From: Candidatus Dojkabacteria bacterium
Lineage (GTDB): Bacteria > Patescibacteriota > Dojkabacteria > B142 > JAFGFJ01
NCBI GenBank assembly: GCA_016931155.1
Contig: JAFGFJ010000006.1
Location: 141,115 to 205,114, forward strand
Direction of reading: 5' to 3'
DNA length: 64,000 bases
In this document: piece by piece, positions 45,881 to 55,634 of the stretch
How the letters are laid out: each line of letters begins with the position of its first letter
Numbering within the stretch: the stretch's first letter is position 1
The notes under the pieces: generated by a model
What the model was told of the DNA's origin: nothing
What the model saw: only the letters and a program-made list of their open reading frames with translations
Databases searched by the model: none
Program-made: the position numbers and the translations under genes

Positions 45881-48637
45881 TTTTGTATCAAGATTTCTTT
45901 CAGTATATCCTACTAAGGAGTTGTCCAATTGCAGGAGCCCGTAACCGGTTTGTGTATCAAACCCTGATGATGCTACATCTTGTGCACTGCTCCTTAATCT
46001 AATATTAATATCTATTGGTGTTATGTTCGGGTGGATACTTTTCATGAGTGCAACCGCTGCACTCACCTGAGGTGCGGCAAAACTTGTACCAATTACTGTT
46101 GTAGGTGAAGTGTTTGAAGTGAAGGCATTGAAAAGGTTTACATTCGTTTCATCTGAACAGTTGTTTTTATTGGGATAGCATGAATAAGATTGTGATGCAA
46201 TTTGGGGTCCACTATCTCCAACAGGGGCAACAAGATCCAACTCGTCTCCATAGTTTGAGTAACTTGCACGGTTGTCATTCGCATCTGTCGCTCCGACTGC
46301 TATTACATTTGGAAATGAAGCAGGGAAGTAGTTTGCAATATCCGAGTTGTCATTTCCTGCCGCAGCTACAACAACAACTCCGGCATTGACAGCGTCATTA
46401 ATTGCCACTTGCATCATAGGGTCAGTCCCGACTCCTCTGAGGCTCATGTTTATAACATCAGCACCATTTGCTACAGCATATTCAATAGCCTGTGAAATTA
46501 CGAAAGAATCAGCAACTGTCCTGTAGTCTTTGCTTGAGTTTGAACACGTAAGATCAAGATTCCCGGAAGCATCCTGGCACATTGATCTGTCATTCGGATA
46601 AAAAACTTTAATTGGCATGATGCTTGCATTGTGTGCTATTCCAATTACCTTGTTTGGTGCAGTATCACCTGTTCTCCCCGCTAGAATTGTTGTAACAAGA
46701 GTGCCATGTCCATAGTCATCATTTGCATGGTCGATTTTGGCAAGCTCATTTGCATTACAGTCATTGGCAGGATTTCCATCAATAGCTCTAAGCATGCAAA
46801 AATAATCCTGCACGGCATCATATGGACTTACAATATTTACACCACTTAATTCTGAGGATTGTGAATATTGCCTTTCATAACCTTTATAACTGCCGTTTAC
46901 GAAGGTACCATCTTGTGTATTATTTGTTGGATACTCAAGGTAGATTCCATTAAATTTTCCAACAGTATAGGAGTTATCATTTCCAGCGTCATATACATAG
47001 TTTTCATAGGATGCCCCTGTATCAAGAACAGCAACAACCACGGAGGGGTCGCCTCCACAGGAGTTGTCACTTGTACATCCTCCCATTTCTTTCCATGCCT
47101 CAGGAAGTTTGGTTTTTTCAGCTGTCCAGTGAGTAGCAGTATCATAGTCGCTAGGGATAGATCTTTCAGGGTCAGTATTGTTCCAGCTCTCAGTTTTGTA
47201 AATATAGATTGGCTGAGGATTAGTCTCGGGAGCCACAAGAAGAATCTCTCCTATGAGTTGATCTATTTTTGAATTGTCGACCTTATAGATTATTTTATTT
47301 CCGAGTTCTGCTAAGCTCTCTACACCACGTGACAGTGTTAGTAATTTTTCTTTGGTGAGTGCGTTCGATTGGGAAGAGTTGAGTGCTACCCGTGCCTTTG
47401 TTCCATCAATAATGTAGTTTCTATTGTCTATTAAATTGTTCCTTTTAGCATCAGCTGATCGAAGATTGGAGTTTAGTGGTTTCATTTGGACTGCACGAGA
47501 AGCAACAGTTTCTAGTTGATTGTAGATTCTTCCAGGACAGGCTGTTGCCGCAAGATCTCTGTGTCCGTAGAGTCCAGTTCCGCTTTTTGGGTCACCACCT
47601 TGCCATACTGCATTGAAATTGTTCAGTTGGGATAAAGCAGATATGAGTTTCGTGAGAGCTTCCATTGAGGCCTGTGTGGGATCCTGCGAGACATAGTTCC
47701 CAAGGATTGAGATTCCTATGCTTCCGGTGTTTGGGACTGCATGAGCACCAACAACTCCGTTTCCTCCAGATCTGCCTTCATAAATATTTCCATACGGATC
47801 AATCATGTAGTTGTAGCCAACATCAGTCCAGGTTCCTTTGCTCGGATCAGTGCAGTTTGGCCATGAACCCGAGTTATCTGAACATCTGTTGTAGTGATAA
47901 TTATAAACTGCCATTACCGTGTTTTTTGGATTTGCCATGTCAACACTTGTTGCTGTGTGATGAACAACTATGCGGTTAACATTTGCGATCGTCGGAGCCC
48001 ACGGGCTTGCTGTAGGAGCTCCCCATTCTTCTCTTGTAATGAGATCGAACCCCATTTGTGAAAATAATTTTTCCTTGTAAGCTCTTTCTGCCTGAGTGCT
48101 TGCAAATTCCTCTGGTATAGAAAAGGAAGTGTCTGAAGTGCTGTTGAATTCATATTTGCTGATAATAAATTCTTTTTCTCCATCGTAATAGAACTCTATC
48201 TCTTTAACTCCTTCTGAAAATATGAACAAATCAGAAACACTGTTCTTGCTTGTATCAAAGGAAGTGTCGTCTCCCATAAATACATCTTCGCTCTCAATCT
48301 TGAGGTACTTGGTAAAAGTATCATCTCCTTTTTTTACTCTGACTATTATTCCTTCAATATTTCCAGAGATGGAGAAGCCGTAGTAGGTTTTATCGAGGGT
48401 TTCAATTTTTGTTGGTGTGCTCCCTGAGAGGAAAATTCCTGCCTTTTGAATTAAGCCTGCTTCTTCGTATGCTTCGGGATCAGAGAGATTTGTACCTCCC
48501 ATTTTCGGGAAAGAGGAGTCTTCCGCATTTACTTTCTGAATTGGAGCAGGGGAGAAACTCAATGTCAGTACGAAGGTCAGAAAGATAATGAACAGATGTT
48601 TTGTTTTTTTTCTGGCTTCGAAAAAAGATTTATGCAA
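44678..48637 (-). CDS. Secreted Amidase_2 (PGRP-like) plus S8 subtilase plus four C-terminal repeats
   Basis: Signal peptide; VVHHTA, DVGYNYMID, GAHA, GHRD, TACPG; subtilase triad VAVLDTG, HGT, GTSFAAP. Confidence 0.9.
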   Translation of the reverse strand: MHKSFFEARKKTKHLFIIFLTFVLTLSFSPAPIQKVNAEDSSFPKMGGTNLSDPEAYEEAGLIQKAGIFLSGSTPTKIETLDKTYYGFSISGNIEGIIVRVKKGDDTFTKYLKIESEDVFMGDDTSFDTSKNSVSDLFIFSEGVKEIEFYYDGEKEFIISKYEFNSTSDTSFSIPEEFASTQAERAYKEKLFSQMGFDLITREEWGAPTASPWAPTIANVNRIVVHHTATSVDMANPKNTVMAVYNYHYNRCSDNSGSWPNCTDPSKGTWTDVGYNYMIDPYGNIYEGRSGGNGVVGAHAVPNTGSIGISILGNYVSQDPTQASMEALTKLISALSQLNNFNAVWQGGDPKSGTGLYGHRDLAATACPGRIYNQLETVASRAVQMKPLNSNLRSADAKRNNLIDNRNYIIDGTKARVALNSSQSNALTKEKLLTLSRGVESLAELGNKIIYKVDNSKIDQLIGEILLVAPETNPQPIYIYKTESWNNTDPERSIPSDYDTATHWTAEKTKLPEAWKEMGGCTSDNSCGGDPSVVVAVLDTGASYENYVYDAGNDNSYTVGKFNGIYLEYPTNNTQDGTFVNGSYKGYERQYSQSSELSGVNIVSPYDAVQDYFCMLRAIDGNPANDCNANELAKIDHANDDYGHGTLVTTILAGRTGDTAPNKVIGIAHNASIMPIKVFYPNDRSMCQDASGNLDLTCSNSSKDYRTVADSFVISQAIEYAVANGADVINMSLRGVGTDPMMQVAINDAVNAGVVVVAAAGNDNSDIANYFPASFPNVIAVGATDANDNRASYSNYGDELDLVAPVGDSGPQIASQSYSCYPNKNNCSDETNVNLFNAFTSNTSPTTVIGTSFAAPQVSAAVALMKSIHPNITPIDINIRLRSSAQDVASSGFDTQTGYGLLQLDNSLVGYTERNLDTKYYFPWYDDSDIGIPREAWLIIANQSQAEVASIEVWYKGVLEIDQTLAPGERITPQFNEQSGGPIVVNSTNGIPIYSSVRVRYNESFEEITGFPSSELANLLYFPWYDDSDDGVVREAWIIAGIPETVSANVDVTVQFKNTSGQVILHTQSASPGESTCFQFDEQRGGPVKITAVEKSTGIPVNIYSSQRVKFMDSFNEIMAVTNSDIESNHFFPWYDDSENGGIHREAYILIGNPNDSNTSVTLRIPGQPDKVINVYANSSNSVQWDELCCTGSIVVTSTQPIYATQRVRYINSFNETKSIDNNKLNKKQFYTWYDDSDGGGVIREAWILIGNPSINSTAIVIITVQGVIIFDGRVNPGQTITPQYNEQTGGPVIIYSDQNIFTTQRVRYNNSFSELNGI

Positions 48638-48780
48638 TTTGTGTTTTTCTTATAAGGTATTTTATCAGAAGTTTGCGTCGGATTGTAGAGGATGCATGGA
48701 TTGTACACATCTCAAATACTGAGGTGCAAACTAATTAGTCTACTAATAAATACCTGTTTTGGAGTCTAAAACCGAACAGC

Positions 48781-50964
48781 CTACCATCTTCTTAGATTTC
48801 TGATGATTTGAACGCCAGTCCTAATGAAAGAATGAGCAGGTTTAATCTTCTCTACTACCCCAAGAACTTTATCTAGTACTTTGTACCTGAGACGTTCAAG
48901 GTTCCTTTTTTGAATGGAATGCCCCTTAACATCTTTATAAAGTGATTCCTGCAAAAGTGTAAAATCATTATTAATTATTTTAGAAACACCAAGAAAACGC
49001 GTGTAGATTTTATTGTAGACTTCCTTATATTTTTCTATCATTTCTTCCAGGCTTGTAATTTTTGTACTGTCCAGATTTTTATATATTTGTCTTAACATTT
49101 TTCTATCTTTATCTATATCTAAGAGCAATCTTTTAAGATTCTTATCTGTTTCGAATGTCAGACCAAATTTATGCTTTTTTATTCTTGATCCAATTGCTCC
49201 AATATTTCTACCAATAGCTGGGATACCCAGGCTTACACTTTCCGAAAGAGTAAAGCAAAAAGACTCTGGAACTTTTGTGGGGAAGATGGAAATATCAACT
49301 TTATATTTTTCTATTAGTTTTGAAGGGTCAGAATTTGAGTACGAATCACTTGTATAGTGTATCCCTCTTTTTAGGCCTTTTTGTCTCAAATATCTTTTTA
49401 CTTCTGGATCAACGATGCCTATTAAATGCCAGGAAAATCTGTTTCTTAATTTGGTATCTGCGATTAGATTTACGAAAGTCTTGAGACCTTTTTGAAACGA
49501 GCATGGTCCAATATAGGCAATGCTTAGTTTTTTCTTTTCATGTTCAAGATTCTTGTTGGATTTTAGTAATTTTATGCCATGTTCAATTACTATTTGCTTC
49601 GTGTTTATATTTAAGACCTCGTTGTATTTCTTATAAAGATACTCTGAAGGGTAAATTATCAAATTTAATTTGGAAATTAGATTTTCTATATGACTTTTAA
49701 AACTAGAATCATTTACTTTGGAGAGAAAACCCTTTTTTGTATGTTCAATAAGTTGTTCTGCACTTGAAATTAGAAGAACATCATGTGCAGTAAAAACCGC
49801 TTTAATCCCAAGCTTTTTGTGAATACCAAGAAGGTTGATGTTTGCGTTTAGCAAATGATGAAAATGAATTAGTCCAATATTAAAAAATCTGCAAATACTT
49901 GTTATTACTTTTTCTTGAAATATTTCGTTTGCTTCATTCGTCTCATTTACTAAACTAGTGTTTAGTATTAACTTTCCTTCGGAAAAAATGTCTACAAAGA
50001 TATGATCGTTTCTGATTGATAGTGTAATAAAATTTATAGTTTTGTTCCCGTCAATTAGATGCTGAATATGAACTTGTGTTCCGCCAATCGATTCCTCAAC
50101 GTGCTTAACAAAAAGAACGTTTTGAGATTTCCTATTTAATTTTAATTTTTTGCAAAGAAAACTGGCAATTGTGGTTTGTGCATCAAGTGGATCCAGTTTA
50201 ATGTATTTATTAATATGTTTTTGGAAGTCCGGGTGTTTGTCTAATAACTTCCGCATTTTTTCTTCTGAGAAGGATTTGCCGGTCTGGAAACTGACGTTGC
50301 CTTTATGGTATATAAATGTTTTTGTATCGGCAACATTGATATAACCGGCCTTGATTGCTCGCATTGAGAAGTCATTTTCTTCACCATATCCTTTTCCAAA
50401 TGTTTCTTCATCAAAAAGCCCGACTTCTGTGATCACCTGTCTTTTGATATACATACAAAAACCTATAGCGGTGGGGATTGAAAGGATTTCATTACTTGAA
50501 GACTTTTTGGCTATATCCGACATATCTTCTATTTCAAAATCTTTTGGGAGTTCATTGTTTGTGTTTTTATTGGGGAGCGATAAGATTGAGGCATTGTTGC
50601 TCATTGGTGTGACTGTTGCAATTGAATCACTTTTATACGCTGTGATTATGAGATTTTGCAACCATCCCTTTGTTACTTCAGTATCACTATTGAGAAGTAC
50701 TACATCGTTCTTTGTAAGGGTCATACCTCGATTACAATTGCCTACAAAACCCAGATTTTTCTTATTAAAGTAGACTTTGACATTAGGGTGGCTTAGGCTC
50801 CCTAGATACTTTTTAACTCTTGAATCGGGGCTTTTGTCATCTATTAAAATTAGTTCGTATAGCTCAGCTGGAGTATTACATATGACGCTGTTCACACATT
50901 TCATCAGATACTCGTAGGCATCATAGACAGGAATTATAATAGATACTTTAGTTTTTACACTCAT
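48781..50964 (-). CDS. Two-domain glycosyltransferase (GT2 plus GT4-like)
   Basis: IIIPVY, IDDKSPD, LLNSDT, GYGEENDF; then GGTQVH, IHFHH, QKG, ESFCFTLSE. Confidence 0.9.
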   Translation of the reverse strand: MSVKTKVSIIIPVYDAYEYLMKCVNSVICNTPAELYELILIDDKSPDSRVKKYLGSLSHPNVKVYFNKKNLGFVGNCNRGMTLTKNDVVLLNSDTEVTKGWLQNLIITAYKSDSIATVTPMSNNASILSLPNKNTNNELPKDFEIEDMSDIAKKSSSNEILSIPTAIGFCMYIKRQVITEVGLFDEETFGKGYGEENDFSMRAIKAGYINVADTKTFIYHKGNVSFQTGKSFSEEKMRKLLDKHPDFQKHINKYIKLDPLDAQTTIASFLCKKLKLNRKSQNVLFVKHVEESIGGTQVHIQHLIDGNKTINFITLSIRNDHIFVDIFSEGKLILNTSLVNETNEANEIFQEKVITSICRFFNIGLIHFHHLLNANINLLGIHKKLGIKAVFTAHDVLLISSAEQLIEHTKKGFLSKVNDSSFKSHIENLISKLNLIIYPSEYLYKKYNEVLNINTKQIVIEHGIKLLKSNKNLEHEKKKLSIAYIGPCSFQKGLKTFVNLIADTKLRNRFSWHLIGIVDPEVKRYLRQKGLKRGIHYTSDSYSNSDPSKLIEKYKVDISIFPTKVPESFCFTLSESVSLGIPAIGRNIGAIGSRIKKHKFGLTFETDKNLKRLLLDIDKDRKMLRQIYKNLDSTKITSLEEMIEKYKEVYNKIYTRFLGVSKIINNDFTLLQESLYKDVKGHSIQKRNLERLRYKVLDKVLGVVEKIKPAHSFIRTGVQIIRNLRRW

Positions 50965-52519
50965 GGGTATTAATTTTAAGTTGTTTTAGACTCCTATTAT
51001 ATTGAATTAGCATAACAGAATTAAGTACATATCCACTATGAGTCTCTTGTTCTATACATATAGTTTCGCTTGCTGGCAGATAAGAACTTTCAGCCAGTAT
51101 AAAATAATCATTATAAGGACTGTTATTGTATCTGATTTTATCTCTTTCCAGGATTGTAGCAACAAAAGCTGGCTCCAGGTGATTAATAATGTTTCCTTCT
51201 GAGGTGTCATATAGTTCAACGGGAAACATGATTTCTCCTTTCGCCTTTTTGTCTATTTGTGATTCGAACTTATAATATGATGCAGTTGTAATGTAGACTC
51301 TATCCCAAGTAAATAGGCTTTCCTCTCCCGTAGAAAAAAAATAACCATTGAGAAAAATTACGAATAGTATTACCCAAGTCAAAATATTTACTTTTTGGGT
51401 TTTAAACACAATTGACCATATTCCGATTGCCGAAAGAATATATACGTAGGGAATTAAATAAAGTAAAAATCTTCTATCATTCCAGTTGTACAAGAATACC
51501 CAGAAGATAACAGTGAAGAAAAAAAATAAAAAAATATTTAGACAAAGAACCCTGTGATTATACTGTTTTAACAGAATATTTATAAAGCCAATGGCTAATA
51601 GCAGCAAGAGTGGTATTCCAAATATACTGATGGCACCTGCCAGATAAAACAAAACAGAATTTGCGTGGGGAATAATTAACTCTAATTGCTTAACATTAGT
51701 ATAAAGAGGATTCCTGAATAAAAGAAATTTATATAAAAACCATGGTCCTGTAGTTATAAGGATAATCTCAGTATGGAAAAAAATCTGTTTTATGAATAAC
51801 TTTATACTTTTCTTGTCTTTTGCTTTGTTCTTAATTACTTGTTTTAAGAAGAAATCAGTAACTAATACTAATTCGTAAATTAGGATAAGGAAAAATGAAA
51901 AATTCTGAAAAGAGGTTGATATGCATAAAAACAATATAGCAAAATTACTTTTTCCCTTTATCAAAAATAGAACAGCCAGGCAAATAAATAAGATTGCATA
52001 GTAATCAGATAAAATGAAATTACTAAAGTTTTGCATCGTAAAGTTGCAGAAAAAAAGTATACTAACTGCGGAAGTTATCGCAAAAAGTACATTTGTTTTT
52101 TTAAGTTGAATTTTCCTGCCAAAAACTTCAATTGTTTGTGTCTGTTTCTCTTTTGCGGAGAATCTCTTTAGTAACCCATCAATGCATGCCCACAAGGTAA
52201 AAGTTATCCCTGCAAAAACCATTTGGTTTAAGAGAGGAAGCATTCTCAGTGTATTGACTTCTGAGAGTGCTCTAATAATAAGAGGAAGTCCGGGATTTCT
52301 AAAAGAAATTGTTGAGTTCTCTCCAAATCTTAGACCATTAGCAATCCAATCAAATCCATCTGACGTGAAGTATTTATAAGTCCTTAAGAATTCATTATCA
52401 GAATTTAAATTGGTGATCAGGAAAAATTTGGCGATTAAAATAACGACCGCACTGAGAGCGAATAAGAACAATAAATGTTTTTTGGAATTTTTTTTGAGTA
52501 GCTGATTAAGTCTGCTCAT
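50948..52519 (-). CDS. Polytopic membrane protein, GT-C-like
   Basis: About 11 TMs, acidic first loop (TSDGFDW), RNPGLP, late RRFLLYLIP motif. Confidence 0.6.
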   Translation of the reverse strand: MSRLNQLLKKNSKKHLLFLFALSAVVILIAKFFLITNLNSDNEFLRTYKYFTSDGFDWIANGLRFGENSTISFRNPGLPLIIRALSEVNTLRMLPLLNQMVFAGITFTLWACIDGLLKRFSAKEKQTQTIEVFGRKIQLKKTNVLFAITSAVSILFFCNFTMQNFSNFILSDYYAILFICLAVLFLIKGKSNFAILFLCISTSFQNFSFFLILIYELVLVTDFFLKQVIKNKAKDKKSIKLFIKQIFFHTEIILITTGPWFLYKFLLFRNPLYTNVKQLELIIPHANSVLFYLAGAISIFGIPLLLLLAIGFINILLKQYNHRVLCLNIFLFFFFTVIFWVFLYNWNDRRFLLYLIPYVYILSAIGIWSIVFKTQKVNILTWVILFVIFLNGYFFSTGEESLFTWDRVYITTASYYKFESQIDKKAKGEIMFPVELYDTSEGNIINHLEPAFVATILERDKIRYNNSPYNDYFILAESSYLPASETICIEQETHSGYVLNSVMLIQYNRSLKQLKINTHECKN

Positions 52520-52780
52520 TGCTAATTAAATAGGGCTTTTATCATTATAGATTCAATTTCTCGTAAGATATTAGGTATATTATTCCTAATATTTTCTGTT
52601 TGCAATTTCCGGTTCTTGGTTAGTAGACGTATAACAACACTGCCTAGGAAGGCATTTTGTATTTCTAATGACTTCCAAAGGCAATTTACAATTTAGCTCA
52701 ATATGTCCACTCCTCATATGATATCCCATCAGATCAATATTTGTCGGGTTTTCGAGTTTACTCTAAACGATATTGCGACG

Positions 52781-52809
52781 TTGACATTACCATTTTAATT
52801 AAATACTAT
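52781..52809 (+). promoter_or_regulatory. sigma70 promoter TTGACA-N17-TACTAT
   Basis: Consensus -35, exact spacer, 38 nt before ATG 52848. Confidence 0.7.
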
Positions 52810-52847
52810 TCTTAAGAATTTCGCCAACTCCTTAAATTTAGAGACTA

Positions 52848-53591
52848 ATGGGAAATCTATTATCAATAATCATTCCAGCGTGGAATGAAGAAAATACTTT
52901 AGAAAAACTGGTTTCAAAGGTTAGGAAAATACGTCTTCCAGATGGAATTGAGAAGGAAATTATAATAATAGATGACTGCTCGACAGACAGGACGTTAGAG
53001 ATAATAAAGAATCTCGGGGAAAAGCATAAAGAGATCAAAGGACTTTCAAACTTAAAAAACAGCGGAAAATCGCAAACCGTAAAGAAAGGTATCCTTGCTT
53101 CAAGTGGTGATTACGTTGTTATTCAGGACGCAGATTTAGAATATGAGCCGGAAGAAATTCCTGAGATGCTTAAACTGTTGATAGATAAAGAATACGATGC
53201 CGTATACGGAAACAGATTTGGAAAGAAGAATAAGGTCATTTACTGGCAGAACTATTTTGGAAATAAAATGTTGACAGTCTTCTCAAATATCTTTACTTTT
53301 CCGAAACTAAAAACGTGGATACCGGATATGGAGGTCTGCTATAAATTAGTGAGAGGAGATGTAATGAGACAGATAGCAAAGATGATCGTATCGACAAGCA
53401 GGTTTGGACTCGAACCAGAAATTACTGCAAGACTTGCCTCATATAAATCAAGGGGAAAAAGAATAAAACTTGGCATACATCCTATTAGCTATTATCCGAG
53501 ATCAATTCAAGAAGGGAAGAAAATGAATGCGCTCAAACACGGATTTGAAGCACTGGTAGAAATTATAAAGTTTAATCTTCTTAAGAATTAG
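52848..53591 (+). CDS. GT2, polyprenol-phosphate glycosyltransferase (DPM/DPG synthase-like)
   Basis: IIIPAWNEE, IDDCSTDRT, IQDADLEY, DMEVCYK, FGLEPEIT. Confidence 0.9.
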   Translation: MGNLLSIIIPAWNEENTLEKLVSKVRKIRLPDGIEKEIIIIDDCSTDRTLEIIKNLGEKHKEIKGLSNLKNSGKSQTVKKGILASSGDYVVIQDADLEYEPEEIPEMLKLLIDKEYDAVYGNRFGKKNKVIYWQNYFGNKMLTVFSNIFTFPKLKTWIPDMEVCYKLVRGDVMRQIAKMIVSTSRFGLEPEITARLASYKSRGKRIKLGIHPISYYPRSIQEGKKMNALKHGFEALVEIIKFNLLKN

Positions 53592-53615
53592 TTTTGCTCT
53601 GGTTTTTGTATCCCA

Positions 53616-55099
53616 CTATTTATAGGGTGCTTTTTTCCTAACCAGTAAAGTTTCTGATTCAGGATATGAGAATAGAACCTCAACTTCTTTTTCATTTATG
53701 TCCTTTCTGAATACATAGGATAATTCTTCGCCTCTGTTTTTGTCCGTGTCGATGTTGTTTGTTTCTATGTAGTCTAATTTAAACTTCTCTATGTAATAGT
53801 GTACTGGAGGTGCTAATCTCCAGTTCGTAGACAGACTGATCTTATTGTTGCTCTCATTAAGACTCAAAGTCTTTACATCAGTGATCATATTTTTCACATC
53901 ACAATTACTTTTCCAGGAGATTGTATAAGTAAAATTAATTGAAACCAAAGATATAATTAGAATAAAACCGGCTAATGCGTAACCTGAAAAGAGTGCACAC
54001 TTTTTTGCAGTATTTGTGAGCAAAGTCAGTGAGTTCAGTGCACTTACGAAACAGAAGAAAAATAAAGGAATTAGAAATATTGCTGTTCTCTCGATCAAGA
54101 ACTTTGTTCCAAGTATGTGGTGTTGAAGGATTGTACTCAAAATACATATTGTCAGAATCGCAGTGGTTGAAATAACCGGATAATTCTTTTTGGATAAATT
54201 TTTACTTACGAGATAAAGGGTGGTAATAGAAGTAATAATATATATCAGAAAATTAAAATGGTAAGTATTGTTTCGTGAGTTGGAGATAAATTGAATTTGT
54301 AAAGAGACGCTCTAACAAGAGAGCCAATGGTATCAGAAACAAAGTTGTTATCACCCCCATAATAAAGCAACTTTCTCTTTACGACCCTCCCCAAGGGGAT
54401 AAGTATTGATAAGAATGTTGTAACAGTAATTATTATTATTGGATAGCTGTTATATAATATTTTTTTCACTCTACCAAAAAAATTCTGTTTCATCCTTATG
54501 TTTTCAAATATAGACAGGCAAAATAGAAAGGAAATCAGAGCAATGAAATAATTCAATAATGTAAAGTTGGTTAATACCGAAAGCCAGCTCGTTATAAGAC
54601 TGGCGAAAAGATAGATCCTCTTTTTTCGGTTCGATAAATATTCGATAAGAAAGTAAACGCTTGAAGCAACGAGTCCTGCCGCAAGTGCATAACCTCTTGC
54701 CAGGGAGAAAAAATCGAGGAGAAATATGTTTAAGTTTAGGAGTATAAAAGAAGTTATTTTAGCAGTTTTGCTTTTTACAAATTTTTCAACAAAAATGAAA
54801 GTGAAAAATAAATAAAGAAGGTGACCGATAAGACTTGGAAGTCTTAAGACAAATTCTGTGTTTCCAAAAAAGTTGTAAAAGATTTTAACCAATATGGTAT
54901 TTACAATGTGATTATTTGCGATTTCTGCCGAAAAATTATTTGTAAGGATATCGAAAATATTTGTATGTACAAAAGTTTGAAATGTATATGCTTCGTCAAA
55001 AGTCAGAGAAAGATTGATTGCTCGATAGGTTGTGTAAGTAAAAAGTATTATTGAGATTAACACCATCGTGAACTTTACAGGAGAGATTCTCATTTGCAA
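53616..55099 (-). pseudogene. GT-C (PMT/GT83-like) glycosyltransferase split by a 1-nt frameshift
   Basis: The 5' ORF (FDEAYT, LRLPSL, ARGYAL) stops at 54245. One extra T in the T4 run at 54252-54249 restores the frame FLIYIITSITTLYL... into ORF 53616-54140. Confidence 0.75.
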
Positions 55100-55271
55100 A
55101 CTTTTTAATATAATTCTGTAAGACTGTCAGTGCTGGAAAAGCGGTCACCAGTAAATCTACTTTTTTCTTTGCTGTTCAAATAGGTTTTCAGCCCTTTGTA
55201 GATTGGAGTATTCTACCAGACAAGTGCCATACAGGTAAGTAAATGATGTAAAACAAAAATTATTTTTCGCA

Positions 55272-55300
55272 TTGAAATATTCCAACAAAAAGGGTATTAT
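55272..55300 (+). promoter_or_regulatory. sigma70 promoter TTGAAA-N17-TATTAT
   Basis: The TTG start given in the ORF track coincides with the -35 box. Confidence 0.55.
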
Positions 55301-55343
55301 CCGAATCCGTATATCTTTATTCTATAAGTTAGCCAACAAAACA

Positions 55344-55634
55344 GTGGGTCAGAAAATTGTTGATGCAGGAAAATGTGACTACTGCAGAGATAGAAAAAAA
55401 GCAGTTTACTACACAGGACTATATTCTCAAGATGAGGATTTAATGGAAATACACTGCAATACTTGCAGGGCATCCTGGGAGGCGGATGGCACTCCTAGGG
55501 CAATACCATCACAATCAAAATTGGAGCAGTTGGGAGTGTTTAGTGAAGTTGTAGAAAATAGTTTGCCTTTTACTCCAGGAACCAAAGGTGAATGGTTTTG
55601 CAATTATGTGGGATCAGCAGAAGCTTTGGGTTGA
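55344..55634 (+). CDS. Small zinc-ribbon-like protein
   Basis: CDYC...CNTC; GTG start downstream of the promoter; 21-nt convergent overlap with the flippase. Confidence 0.5.
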   Translation: MGQKIVDAGKCDYCRDRKKAVYYTGLYSQDEDLMEIHCNTCRASWEADGTPRAIPSQSKLEQLGVFSEVVENSLPFTPGTKGEWFCNYVGSAEALG

